Origin: Auanema rhodensis
Lineage: Eukaryota > Animalia > Nematoda
NCBI GenBank assembly: GCA_964057225.1
Contig: OZ059895.1
Coordinates: 6,882,001-6,946,000, forward strand
Reading direction: 5' to 3'
DNA length: 64,000 bases
The notes beneath the pieces were generated by a model. It worked only from the letters and a program-made list of their open reading frames with translations. It was not told the DNA's origin and made no database searches. Both the position numbers and the translations under genes were made by a program. Of this stretch, positions 24,041 to 39,000 are shown piece by piece. How positions within the stretch are numbered: the stretch's first letter is position 1; each line of letters starts with the position of its first letter.

Positions 24041-27000
24041 TTGCCTTGAGGTATTCATCTTCAACTTTGGTTTAATTACCCAAGTTTGAGGTACTTTGAT
24101 GATTCAACAAGGGTTACACCTGATGTTGAACTAAATTTTGGAAAGCTCACTATATGTGAGCAACATTGATATTTCATCTCTCTGAAGATTTGGAAGCTTG
24201 TCTATCTCTTGACCGGAAACTTTTATTGTTCAGACAATCTCAGTCTAGAGTTTTGAATGTTCTTCTGAACAGGAATACGGTGCACGTGCCATTTGCCTTG
24301 GGGTATTCAACTTCATTTTTGGTTTAATTACCCAAGTTTGAGGTACTTTGATGATTCAACAAGGGTTACACCTGATGTTGAACTAAATTTTGGAAAGCTC
24401 ACTATATGTGAGCAACATTGATATTTCATCTCTCTGAACATTCGAAAGCTTGTCTATCTCTTGACCGGAAATGGTTATTGTTCAGACAATCTCAGTCTAG
24501 AGTTTTGAATGTTCTTCTGAACAGGAATACGGTGCACGTGCCATTTGCCTTGGGGTATTCAACTTCATTTTTGGTTTAATTACCCAAGTTTGAGGTACTT
24601 TGATGATTCAACAAGGGTTACACCTGATGTTGAACTAAATTTTGGAAAGCTCACTATATGTGAGCAACATTGATATTTCATCTCTATGAAGATTCGGAAG
24701 CTTGTCTATCTCTTTACCGGAAATGGTTATTGTTCAGACAATCTCAGTCTAGAGTTTTGAATGTTCTTCTGAACAGGAATACGGTGCACGTGCCATTTGC
24801 CTTGGGGTATTCAACTTCATTTTTGGTTTAATTACCCAAGTTTGAGGTACTTTGATGATTCAACAAGGGTTACACCTGATGTTGAACTAAATTTTGGAAA
24901 GCTCACTATATGTGAGCAACATTGATATTTCATCTCTCTGAAGATTCGGAAGCTTGTCTATCTCTTGACCGGAAATGTTTATTGTTCAGACAATCTCAGT
25001 CTAGAGTTTTGAATGTTCTTCTGAACAGGAATACGGTGCACGTGCCATTTGCCTTGGGGTATTCAACTTCATTTTTGGTTTAATTACCCAAGTTTGAGGT
25101 ACTTTGATGATTCAACAAGGGTTACACCTGATGTTGAACTAAATTTTGGAAAGCTCACTATATGTGAGCAACATTGATATTTCATCTCTCTGAAGATTCG
25201 GAAGCTTGTCTATCTCTTTACCGGAAACTTTTATTGTTCAGACAATCTCAGTCTAGAGTTTTGAATGTTCTTCTGAACAGGAATACGGTGCACGTGCCAT
25301 TTGCCTTGGGGTATTCAACTTCATTTTTGGTTTAATTACCCAAGTTTGATGTACTTTGATGATTCAACAAGGGTTACACCTGATGTTGAACTAAATTTTG
25401 GAAAGCTCACTATATGTGAGCAACATTGATATTTCATCTCTCTGAAGATTCGGAAGCTTGTCTATCTCTTGACCGGAAATGTTTATTGTTCAGACAATCT
25501 CAGTCTAGAGTTTTGAATGTTCTTCTGAACAGGAATACGGTGCACGTGCCATTTGCCTTGGGGTATTCATCTTCATTTTTGGTTTAATTACCCAAGTTTG
25601 AGGTACTTTGATGATTCAACAAGGGTTACACCTGATGTTGAACTAAATTTTGAAAAGCTCACTATATGTGAGCAACATTGATATTTCATCTCTCTGAAGA
25701 TTCGGAAGCTTGTCTATCTCTTTACCGGAAACTTTTATTGTTCAGACAATCTCAGTTTGGAGTTTTGAATGTTCTTCTGAACAGGAATACGGTGCACGTG
25801 CCATTTGCCTTGGGGTATTCATCTTCATCTTTGGTTTAATTACCCAAGTTTGAGGTACTTTTATGATTCAACAAGGGTTACACCTGATGTTGAACTAAAT
25901 TTTGGAAAGCTCACTATATGTGAGCAACATTGATATTTCATCTCTCTGAAGATTCGGAAGCTTGTCTATCTCTTTACCGGAAACTTTTATTGTTCAGACA
26001 ATCTCAGTCTAGAGTTTTGAATGTTCTTCTGAACAGGAATACGGTGCACGTGCCATTTGCCTTGGGGTATTCAACTTCATTTTTGGTTTAATTACCCAAG
26101 TTTGAGGTACTTTGATGATTCAACAAGGGTTACACCTGATGTTGAACTAAATTTTGGAAAGCTCACTATATGTGAGCAACATTGATATTTCATCTCTCTG
26201 AAGATTCGGAAGCTTGTCTATCTCTTTACCGGAAACTTTTATTGTTCAGACAATCTCAGTCTAGAGTTTTGAATGTTCTTCTGAACAGGAATACGGTGCA
26301 CGTGCCATTTGCCTTGGGGTATTCAACTTCATTTTTGGTTTAATTACCCAAGTTTGAGGTACTTTGATGATTCAACAAGGGTTACACCTGATGTTGAACT
26401 AAATTTTGGAAAGCTCACTATATGTGAGCAACATTGATATTTCATCTCTCTGAACATTCGGAAGCTTGTCTATCTCTCGACCGGAAATGGTTATTGTTCA
26501 GACAATCTCAGTCTAGAGTTTTGAATGTTCTTCTGAACAGGAATACAGTGCACGTGCCATTTGCCTTGGGGTATTCAACTTCATTTTTGGTTTAATTACC
26601 CAAGTTTGAGGTACTTTGATGATTCAACAACGGTTACACCTGATGTTGAACTAAATTTTGGAAAGCTCACTATATGTGAGCAACATTGATATTTCATCTC
26701 TCTGAACATTCGGAAGCTTGTCTATCTCTTGACCGGAAATATTTATTGTTCAGACAATCTCAGTCTAGAGTTTTGAATGTTCTTCTGAACAGGAATACAG
26801 TGCACGTGCCATTTGCCTTGGGGTATTCAACTTCATTTTTGGTTTAATTACCCAAGTTTGAGGTACTTTGATGATTCAACAAGGGTTACACCTGATGTTG
26901 AACTAAATTTTGGAAAGCTCACTATATGTGAGCAACATTGATATTTCATCTCTCTGAAGATTCGGAAGCTTGTCTATCTCTTTACCGGAAACTTTTATTG

Positions 27001-30000
27001 TTCAGACAATCTCAGTCTAGAGTTTTGAATGTTCTTCTGAACAGGAATACGGTGCACGTGCCATTTGCCTTGGGGTATTCAACTTCATTTTTGGTTTAAT
27101 TACCCAAGTTTGAGGTACTTTGATGATTCAACAAGGGCTACACCTGATGTTGAACTAAATTTTGGAAAGCTCACTATATGTGAGCAACATTGATATTTCA
27201 TCTCTCTGAAGATTCGGAAGCTTGTCTATCTCTTGACCGGAAACTTTTATTGTTCAGACAATCTCAGTCTAGAGTTTTGAATGTTCTTCTGAACAGGAAT
27301 TCGGTGCACGTGCCATTTGCCTTGGGGTATTCAACTTCATTTTTGGTTTAATTACCCAAGTTTGAGGTACTTTGATGATTCAACAAGGGTTACACCTGAT
27401 GTTGAACTAAATTTTGGAAAGCTCACTATATGTGAGCAACATTGATATTTCATCTCTCTGAAGATTCGGAAGCTTGTCTATCTCTTTACCGGAAACTTTT
27501 ATTGTTCAGACAATCTCAGTCTAGAGTTTTGAATGTTCTTCTGAACAGGAATACGGTGCACGTGCCATTTGCCTTGGGGTATTCAACTTCATTTTTGGTT
27601 TAATTACCCAAGTTTGAGGTACTTTGATGATTCAACAAGGGTTACACCTGATGTTGAACTAAATTTTGGAAAGCTCACTATATGTGAGCAACATTGATAT
27701 TTCATCTCTCTGAAGATTCGGAAGCTTGTCTATCTCTTGACCGGAAACTTTTATTGTTCAGACAATCTCAGTCTAGAGGTTTGAATGTTCTTCTGAACAG
27801 GAATACGGTGCACGTGCCATTTGCCTTGGGGTATTCAACTTCATTTTTGGTTTAATTACCCAAGTTTGAGGTACTTTGATGATTCAACAAGGGTTACACC
27901 TGATGTTGAACTAAATTTTGGAAAGCTCACTATATGTGAGCAACATTGATATTTCATCTCTCTGAAGATTCGGAAGCTTGTCTATCTCTTGACCGGAAAC
28001 TTTTATTGTTCAGACAATCTCAGTCTAGAGTTTTGAATGTTCTTCTGAACAGGAATTCGGTGCACGTGCCATTTGCCTTGGGGTATTCAACTTCATTTTT
28101 GGTTTAATTACCCAAGTTTGAGGTACTTTGATGATTCAACAAGGGTTACACCTGATGTTGAACTAAATTTTGGAAAGCTCACTATATGTGAGCAACATTG
28201 ATATTTCATCTCTCTGAACATTCGGAAGCTTGTCTATCTCTCGACCGGAAATGGTTATTGTTCAGACAATCTCAGTCTAGAGTTTTGAATGTTCTTCTGA
28301 ACAGGAATACGGTGCACGTGCCATTTGCCTTGGGGTATTCAACTTCATTTTTGGTTTAATTACCCAAGTTTGAGGTACTTTGATGATTCAACAACGGTTA
28401 CACCTGATGTTGAACTAAATTTTGGAAAGCTCACTATATGTGAGCAACATTGATATTTCATCTCTCTGAACATTCGGAAGCTTGTCTATCTCTCGACCGG
28501 AAATGGTTATTGTTCAGACAATCTCAGTCTAGAGTTTTGAATGTTCTTCTGAACAGGAATACGGTGCACGTGCCATTTGCCTTGGGGTATTCAACTTCAT
28601 TTTTGGTTTAATTACCCAAGTTTGAGGTACTTTGATGATTCAACAACGGTTACACCTGATGTTGAACTAAATTTTGGAAAGCTCACTATATGTGAGCAAC
28701 ATTGATATTTCATCTCTCTGAACATTCGGAAGCTTGTCTATCTCTCGACCGGAAATGGTTATTGTTCAGACAATCTCAGTCTAGAGTTTTGAATGTTCTT
28801 CTGAACAGGAATACGGTGCACGTGCCATTTGCCTTGGGGTATTCAACTTCATTTTTGGTTTAATTACCCAAGTTTGAGGTACTTTGATGATTCAACAACG
28901 GTTACACCTGATGTTGAACTAAATTTTGGAAAGCTCACTATATGTGAGCAACATTGATATTTCATCTCTCTGAACATTCGGAAGCTTGTCTATCTCTTGA
29001 CCGGAAATGTTTATTGTTCAGACAATCTCAGTCTAGAGTTTTGAATGTTCTTCTGAACAGGAATACAGTGCACGTGCCATTTGCCTTGGGGTATTCAACT
29101 TCATTTTTGGTTTAATTACCCAAGTTTGAGGTACTTTGATGATTCAACAACGGTTACACCTGATGTTGAACTAAATTTTGGAAAGCTCACTATATGTGAG
29201 CAACATTGATATTTCATCTCTCTGAACATTCGGAAGCTTGTCTATCTCTTGACCGGAAATGTTTATTGTTCAGACAATCTCAGTCTAGAGTTTTGAATGT
29301 TCTTCTGAACAGGAATACGGTGCACGTGCCATTTGCCTTGGGGTATTCAACTTCATTTTTGGTTTAATTACCCAAGTTTGAGGTATTTTGATGATTCAAC
29401 AACGGTTACACCTGATGTTGAACTAAATTTTGGAAAGCTCACTATATGTGAGCAACATTGATATTTCATCTCTCTGAACATTCGGAAGCTTGTCTATCTC
29501 TTGACCGTAAATGTTTATTGTTCAGACAATCTCAGTCTAGAGTTTTGAATGTTCTTCTGAACAGGAATACGGTGCACGTGCCATTTGCCTTGGGGTATTC
29601 AACTTCATTTTTGGTTTAATTACCCAAGTTTGAGGTACTTTGATGATTCAACAACGGTTACACCTGATGTTGAACTAAATTTTGGAAAGCTCACTATATG
29701 TGAGCAACATTGATATTTCATCTCTCTGAACATTCGGAAGCTTGTCTATCTCTTGACCGGAAATGTTTATTGTTCAGACAATCTCAGTCTAGAGTTTTGA
29801 ATGTTCTTCTGAACAGGAATACAGTGCACGTGCCATTTGCCTTGGGGTATTCAACTTCATTTTTGGTTTAATCACCCAAGTTTGAGGTACTTTGATGATT
29901 CAACAACGGTTACACCTGATGTTGAACTAAATTTTGAAAAGCTCACTATATGTGAGCAACATTGATATTTCATCTTTCTGAACATTCGGAAGCTTGTCTA

Positions 30001-33000
30001 TCTCTTGACCGTAAATGTTTATTGTTCAGACAATCTCAGTCTAGAGTTTTGAATGTTCTTCTGAACAGGAATACGGTGCACGTGCCATTTGCCTTGGGGT
30101 ATTCAACTTCATTTTTGGTTTAATTACCCAAGTTTGAGGTACTTTGATGATTCAACAAGGGTTACACCTGATGTTGAACTAAATTTTGAAAAGCTCACTA
30201 TATGTGAGCAACATTGATATTTCATCTCTCTGAAGATTCGGAAGCTTGTCTATCTCTTTACCGGAAACTTTTATTGTTCAGACAATCTCAGTTTGGAGTT
30301 TTGAATGTTCTTCTGAACAGGAATACGGTGCACGTGCCATTTGCCTTGGGGTATTCATCTTCATCTTTGGTTTAATTACCCAAGTTTGAGGTACTTTGAT
30401 GATTCAACAAGGGTTACACCTGATGTTGAACTAAATTTTGGAAAGCTCACTATATGTGAGCAACATTGATATTTCATCTCTCTGAAGATTCGGAAGCTTG
30501 TCTATCTCTTTACCGGAAACTTTTATTGTTCAGACAATCTCAGTCTAGAGTTTTGAATGTTCTTCTGAACAGGAATACGGTGCACGTGCCATTTGCCTTG
30601 GGGTATTCAACTTCATTTTTGGTTTAATTACCCAAGTTTGAGGTACTTTGATGATTCAACAAGGGTTACACCTGATGTTGAACTAAATTTTGGAAAGCTC
30701 ACTATATGTGAGCAACATTGATATTTCATCTCTCTGAAGATTTGGAAGCTTGTCTATCTCTTGACCGGAAACTTTTATTGTTCAGACAATCTCAGTCTAG
30801 AGTTTTGAATGTTCTTCTGAACAGGAATACGGTGCACGTGCCATTTGCCTTGGGGTATTCAACTTCATTTTTGGTTTAATTACCCAAGTTTGAGGTACTT
30901 TGATGATTCAACAAGGGTTACACCTGATGTTGAACTAAATTTTGGAAAGCTCACTATATGTGAGCAACATTGATATTTCATCTCTCTGAAGATTCGGAAG
31001 CTTGTCTATCTCTTGACCGGAAACTTTTATTGTTCAGACAATCTCAGTTTAGAGTTTTGAATGTTCTTCTGAACAGGAATTCGGTGCACGTGCCATTTGC
31101 CTTGGGGTATTCAACTTCATTTTTGGTTTAATTACCCAAGTTTGAGGTACTTTGATGATTCAACAAGGGTTACACCTGATGTTGAACTAAATTTTGGAAA
31201 GCTCACTATATGTGAGCAACATTGATATTTCATCTTTCTGAACATTCGGAAGCTTGTCTATCTCTTGACCGTAAATGTTTATTGTTCAGACAATCTCAGT
31301 CTAGAGTTTTGAATGTTCTTCTGAACAGGAATACGGTGCACGTGCCATTTGCCTTGGGGTATTCAACTTCATTTTTGGTTTAATTACCCAAGTTTGAGGT
31401 ACTTTGATGATTCAACAAGGGTTACACCTGATGTTGAACTAAATTTTGAAAAGCTCACTATATGTGAGCAACATTGATATTTCATCTCTCTGAAGATTCG
31501 GAAGCTTGTCTATCTCTTTACCGGAAACTTTTATTGTTCAGACAATCTCAGTTTGGAGTTTTGAATGTTCTTCTGAACAGGAATACGGTGCACGTGCCAT
31601 TTGCCTTGGGGTATTCATCTTCATCTTTGGTTTAATTACCCAAGTTTGAGGTACTTTGATGATTCAACAAGGGTTACACCTGATGTTGAACTAAATTTTG
31701 GAAAGCTCACTATATGTGAGCAACATTGATATTTCATCTCTCTGAAGATTCGGAAGCTTGTCTATCTCTTTACCGGAAACTTTTATTGTTCAGACAATCT
31801 CAGTCTAGAGTTTTGAATGTTCTTCTGAACAGGAATACGGTGCACGTGCCATTTGCCTTGGGGTATTCAACTTCATTTTTGGTTTAATTACCCAAGTTTG
31901 AGGTACTTTGATGATTCAACAAGGGCTACACCTGATGTTGAACTAAATTTTGGAAAGCTCACTATATGTGAGCAACATTGATATTTCATCTCTCTGAAGA
32001 TTCGGAAGCTTGTCTATCTCTTGACCGGAAACTTTTATTGTTCAGACAATCTCAGTCTAGAGTTTTGAATGTTCTTCTGAACAGGAATACGGTGCACGTG
32101 CCATTTGCCTTGGGGTATTCAACTTCATTTTTGGTTTAATTACCCAAGTTTGAGGTACTTTGATGATTCAACAAGGGTTACACCTGATGTTGAACTAAAT
32201 TTTGGAAAGCTCACTATATGTGAGCAACATTGATATTTCATCTCTCTGAAGATTCGGAAGCTTGTCTATCTCTTGACCGGAAACTTTTATTGTTCAGACA
32301 ATCTCAGTTTAGAGTTTTGAATGTTCTTCTGAACAGGAATTCGGTGCACGTGCCATTTGCCTTGGGGTATTCAACTTCATTTTTGGTTTAATTACCCAAG
32401 TTTGAGGTACTTTGATGATTCAACAAGGGTTACACCTGATGTTGAACTAAATTTTGGAAAGCTCACTATATGTGAGCAACATTGATATTTCATCTCTCTG
32501 AAGATTCGGAAGCTTGTCTATCTCTTGACCGGAAACTTTTATTGTTCAGACAATCTCAGTCTAGAGTTTTGAATGTTCTTCTGAACAGGAATACGGTGCA
32601 CGTGCCATTTGCCTTGGGCTATTCAACTTCATTTTTGGTTTAATTACCCAAGTTTGAGGTACTTTGATGATTCAACAACGGTTACACCTGATGTTGAACT
32701 AAATTTTGGAAAGCTCACTATATGTGAGCAACATTGATATTTCATCTCTCTGAAGATTCGGAAGCTTGTCTATCTCTTGACCGGAAACTTTTATTGTTCA
32801 GACAATCTCAGTCTAGAGTTTTGAATGTTCTTCTGAACAGGAATACGGTGCACGTGCCATTTGCCTTGGGGTATTCAACTTCATTTTTGGTTTAATTACC
32901 CAAGTTTGAGGTACTTTGATGATTCAACAAGGGTTACACCTGATGTTGAACTAAATTTTGGAAAGCTCACTATATGTGAGCAACATTGATATTTCATCTC

Positions 33001-36000
33001 TCTGAAGATTCGGAAGCTTGTCTATCTCTTGACCGGAAACTTTTATTGTTCAGACAATCTCAGTCTAGAGTTTTGAATGTTCTTCTGAACAGGAATACGG
33101 TGCACGTGCCATTTGCCTTGGGGTATTCAACTTCATTTTTGGTTTAATTACCCAAGTTTGAGGTACTTTGATGATTCAACAAGGGCTACACCTGATGTTG
33201 AACTAAATTTTGGAAAGCTCACTATATGTGAGCAACATTGATATTTCATCTCTCTGAAGATTCGGAAGCTTGTCTATCTCTTGACCGGAAACTTTTATTG
33301 TTCAGACAATCTCAGTCTAGAGTTTTGAATGTTCTTCTGAACAGGAATACGGTGCACGTGCCATTTGCCTTGGGGTATTCAACTTCATTTTTGGTTTAAT
33401 TACCCACGTTTGAGGTACTTTGATGATTCAACAACGGTTACACCTGATGTTGAACTAAATTTTGGAAAGCTCACTATATGTGAGCAACATTGATATTTCA
33501 TCTCTCTGAAGATTCGGAAGCTTGTCTATCTCTTGACCGGAAACTTTTATTGTTCAGACAATCTCAGTCTAGAGTTTTGAATGTTCTTCTGAACAGGAAT
33601 ACGGTGCACGTGCCATTTGCCTTGGGGTATTCAACTTCATTTTTGGTTTAATTACCCAAGTTTGATGTACTTTGATGATTCAACAAGGGTTACACCTGAT
33701 GTTGAACTAAATTTTGGAAAGCTCACTATATGTGAGCAACATTGATATTTCATCTCTCTGAAGATTCGGAAGCTTGTCTATCTCTTGACCGGAAACTTTT
33801 ATTGTTCAGACAATCTCAGTCTAGAGTTTTGAATGTTCTTCTGAACAGGAATACGGTGCACGTGCCATTTGCCTTGGGCTATTCAACTTCATTTTTGGTT
33901 TAATTACCCACGTTTGAGGTACTTTGATGATTCAACAAGGGTTACACCTGATGTTGAACTAAATTTTGGAAAGCTCACTATATGTGAGCAACATTGATAT
34001 TTCATCTCTCTGAAGATTCGGAAGCTTGTCTATCTCTTGACCGGAAACTTTTATTGTTCAGACAATCTCAGTCTAGAGTTTTGAATGTTCTTCTGAACAG
34101 GAATACGGTGCACGTGCCATTTGCCTTGGGCTATTCAACTTCATTTTTGGTTTAATTACCCAAGTTTGAGGTACTTTGATGATTCAACAAGGGTTACACC
34201 TGATGTTGAACTAAATTTTGGAAAGCTCACTATATGTGAGCAACATTGATATTTCATCTCTCTGAAGATTCGGAAGCTTGTCTATCTCTTGACCGGAAAC
34301 TTTTATTGTTCAGACAATCTCAGTCTAGAGTTTTGAATGTTCTTCTGAACAGGAATACGGTGCACGTGCCATTTGCCTTGGGGTATTCAACTTCATTTTT
34401 GGTTTAATTACCCACGTTTGAGGTACTTTGATGATTCAACAAGGGTTACACCTGATGTTGAACTAAATTTTGGAAAGCTCACTATATGTGAGCAACATTG
34501 ATATTTCATCTCTCTGAAGATTCGGAAGCTTGTCTATCTCTTGACCGGAAACTTTTATTGTTCAGACAATCTCAGTCTAGAGTTTTGAATGTTCTTCTGA
34601 ACAGGAATACGGTGCACGTGCCATTTGCCTTGGGGTATTCAACTTCATTTTTGGTTTAATTACCCACGTTTGAGGTACTTTGATGATTCAACAAGGGTTA
34701 CACCTGATGTTGAACTAAATTTTGGAAAGCTCACTATATGTGAGCAACATTGATATTTCATCTCTCTGAAGATTCGGAAGCTTGTCTATCTCTTGACCGG
34801 AAACTTTTATTGTTCAGACAATCTCAGTCTAGAGTTTTGAATGTTCTTCTGAACAGGAATACGGTGCACGTGCCATTTGCCTTGGGGTATTCAACTTCAT
34901 TTTTGGTTTAATTACCCACGTTTGAGGTACTTTGATGATTCAACAAGGGTTACACCTGATGTTGAACTAAATTTTGGAAAGCTCACTATATGTGAGCAAC
35001 ATTGATATTTCATCTCTCTGAAGATTCGGAAGCTTGTCTATCTCTTGACCGGAAACTTTTATTGTTCAGACAATCTCAGTCTAGAGTTTTGAATGTTCTT
35101 CTGAACAGGAATACGGTGCACGTGCCATTTGCCTTGGGGTATTCAACTTCATTTTTGGTTTAATTACCCACGTTTGAGGTACTTTGATGATTCAACAAGG
35201 GTTACACCTGATGTTGAACTAAATTTTGGAAAGCTCACTATATGTGAGCAACATTGATATTTCATCTCTCTGAAGATTCGGAAGCTTGTCTATCTCTTGA
35301 CCGGAAACTTTTATTGTTCAGACAATCTCAGTCTAGAGTTTTGAATGTTCTTCTGAACAGGAATACGGTGCACGTGCCATTTGCCTTGGGGTATTCAACT
35401 TCATTTTTGGTTTAATTACCCAAGTTTGAGGTACTTTGATGATTCAACAAGGGTTACACCTGATGTTGAACTAAATTTTGGAAAGCTCACTATATGTGAG
35501 CAACATTGATATTTCATCTCTCTGAAGATTCGGAAGCTTGTCTATCTCTTGACCGGAAACTTTTATTGTTCAGACAATCTCAGTCTAGAGTTTTGAATGT
35601 TCTTCTGAACAGGAATACGGTGCACGTGCCATTTGCCTTGGGGTATTCAACTTCATTTTTGGTTTAATTACCCACGTTTGAGGTACTTTGATGATTCAAC
35701 AAGGGTTACACCTGATGTTGAACTAAATTTTGGAAAGCTCACTATATGTGAGCAACATTGATATTTCATCTCTCTGAACATTCGGAAGCTTGTCTATCTC
35801 TTGACCGGAAACTTTTATTGTTCAGACAATCTCAGTCTAGAGTTTTGAATGTTCTTCTGAACAGGAATACGGTGCACGTGCCATTTGCCTTGGGGTAATC
35901 AACTTCATTTTTGGTTTAATTACCCACGTTTGAGGTACTTTGATGATTCAACAAGGGTTACACCTGATGTTGAACTAAATTTTGGAAAGCTCACTATATG

Positions 36001-39000
36001 TGAGCAACATTGATATTTCATCTCTCTGAAGATTCGGAAGCTTGTCTATCTCTTGACCGGAAATGTTTATTGTTCAGACAATCTCAGTCTAGAGTTTTGA
36101 ATGTTCTTCTGAACAGAAATACGGTGCACGTGCCATTTGCCTTGGGGTATTCAACTTCATTTTTGGTTTAATTACCCAAGTTTGAGGTACTTTGATGATT
36201 CAACAAGGGTTACACCTGATGTTGAACTAAATTTTGAAAAGCTCACTATATGTGAGCAACATTGATATTTCATCTCTCTGAAGATTCGGAAGCTTGTCTA
36301 TCTCTTTACCGGAAACTTTTATTGTTCAGACAATCTCAGTTTGGAGTTTTGAATGTTCTTCTGAACAGGAATACGGTGCACGTGCCATTTGCCTTGGGGT
36401 ATTCATCTTCATCTTTGGTTTAATTACCCAAGTTTGAGGTACTTTGATGATTCAACATGGGTTACACCTGATGTTGAACTAAATTTTGGAAAGCTCACTA
36501 TATGTGAGCAACATTGATATTTCATCTCTCTGAAGATTCGGAAGCTTGTCTATCTCTTTACCGGAAACTTTTATTGTTCAGACAATCTCAGTCTAGAGTT
36601 TTGAATGTTCTTCTGAACAGGAATACGGTGCACGTGCCATTTGCCTTGGGGTATTCATCTTCATCTTTGGTTTAATTACCCAAGTTTGAGGTACTTTGAT
36701 GATTCAACAAGGGTTACACCTGATGTTGAACTAAATTTTGGAAAGCTCACTATATGTGAGCAACATTGATATTTCATCTCTCTGAAGATTCGGAAGCTTG
36801 TCTATCTCTTTACCGGAAACTTTTATTGTTCAGACAATCTCAGTCTAGAGTTTTGAATGTTCTTCTGAACAGGAATACGGTGCACGTGCCATTTGCCTTG
36901 GGGTATTCAACTTCATTTTTGGTTTAATTACCCAAGTTTGAGGTACTTTGATGATTCAACAAGGGTTACACCTGATGTTGAACTAAATTTTGGAAAGCTC
37001 ACTATATGTGAGCAACATTGATATTTCATCTCTCTGAAGATTTGGAAGCTTGTCTATCTCTTGACCGGAAACTTTTATTGTTCGGACAATCTCAGTCTAG
37101 AGTTTTGAATGTTCTTCTGAACAGGAATACGGTGCACGTGCCATTTGCCTTGGGGTATTCAACTTCATTTTTGGTTTAATTACCCAAGTTTGAGGTACTT
37201 TGATGATTCAACAAGGGTTACACCTGATGTTGAACTAAATTTTGGAAAGCTCACTATATGTGAGCAACATTGATATTTCATCTCTCTGAACATTCGGAAG
37301 CTTGTCTATCTCTTGACCGGAAATGGTTATTGTTCAGACAATCTCAGTCTAGAGTTTTGAATGTTCTTCTGAACAGGAATACGGTGCACGTGCCATTTGC
37401 CTTGGGGTATTCAACTTCATTTTTGGTTTAATTACACAAGTTTGAGGTACTTTGATGATTCAACAACGGTTACACCTGATGTTGAACTAAATTTTGGAAA
37501 GCTCACTATATGTGAGCAACATTGATATTTCATCTCTCTGAAGATTCGGAAGCTTGTCTATCTCTTGACCGGAAATGTTTATTGTTCAGACAATCTCAGT
37601 CTAGAGTTTTGAATGTTCTTCTGAACAGAAATACGGTGCACGTGCCATTTGCCTTGGGGTATTCATCTTCATTTTTGGTTTAATTACCCAAGTTTGAGGT
37701 ACTTTGATGATTCAACAAGGGTTACACCTGATGTTGAACTAAATTTTGAAAAGCTCACTATATGTGAGCAACATTGATATTTCATCTCTCTGAAGATTTG
37801 GAAGCTTGTCTATCTCTTGACCGGAAACTTTTATTGTTCGGACAATCTCAGTCTAGAGTTTTGAATGTTCTTCTGAACAGGAATACGGTGCACGTGCCAT
37901 TTGCCTTGGGGTATTCATCTTCATCTTTGGTTTAATTACCCAAGTTTGAGGTACTTTGATGATTCAACAAGGGTTACACCTGATGTTGAACTAAATTTTG
38001 GAAAGCTCACTATATGTGAGCAACATTGATATTTCATCTCTCTGAAGATTTGGAAGCTTGTCTATCTCTTGACCGGAAACTTTTATTGTTCGGACAATCT
38101 CAGTCTAGAGTTTTGAATGTTCTTCTGAACAGGAATACGGTGCACGTGCCATTTGCCTTGGGGTATGCAACTTCATTTTTGGTTTAATTACCCAAGTTTG
38201 AGGTACTTTGATGATTCAACAAGGGTTACACCTGATGTTGAACTAAATTTTGGAAAGCTTACTATATGTGAGCAACATTGATATTTCATCTCTCTGAAGA
38301 TTCGGAAGCTTGTCTATCTCTTGACCGGAAATGGTTATTGTTCAGACAATCTCAGTCTAGAGTTTTGAATGTTCTTCTGAACAGGAATACGGTGCACGTG
38401 CCATTTGCCTTGGGGTATTCAACTTCATTTTTGGTTTAATTACCCAAGTTTGAGGTACTTTGATGATTCAACAAGGGTTACACCTGATGTTGAACTAAAT
38501 TTTGGAAAGCTTACTATATGTGAGCAACATTGATATTCCATCTTTCTGAAGATTCTGAAGCTTGTCTATCTCTTGACCGGAAATGGTTATTGTTCAGACA
38601 ATCTCAGTCTAGAGTTTTGAATGTTCTTCTGAACAGGAATACGGTGCACGTGCCATTTGCCTTGGGGTATTCAACTTCATTTTTGGTTTAATTACCCAAG
38701 TTTGAGGTACTTTGATGATTCAACAAGGGTTACACCTGATGTTGAACTAAATTTTGGAAAGCTTACTATATGTGAGCAACATTGATATTTCATCTCTCTG
38801 AAGATTCGGAAGCTTGTCTATCTCTTGACCGGAAATGGTTATTGTTCAGACAATCTCAGTCTAGAGTTTTGAATGTTCTTCTGAACAGGAATACGGTGCA
38901 CGTGCCATTTGCCTTGGGATATTCATCTTCATCTTCGGTTTAATTACCCAAGTTTGAGGTACTTTGATGATTTAACAACGGTTACACCTGATGTTGAACT

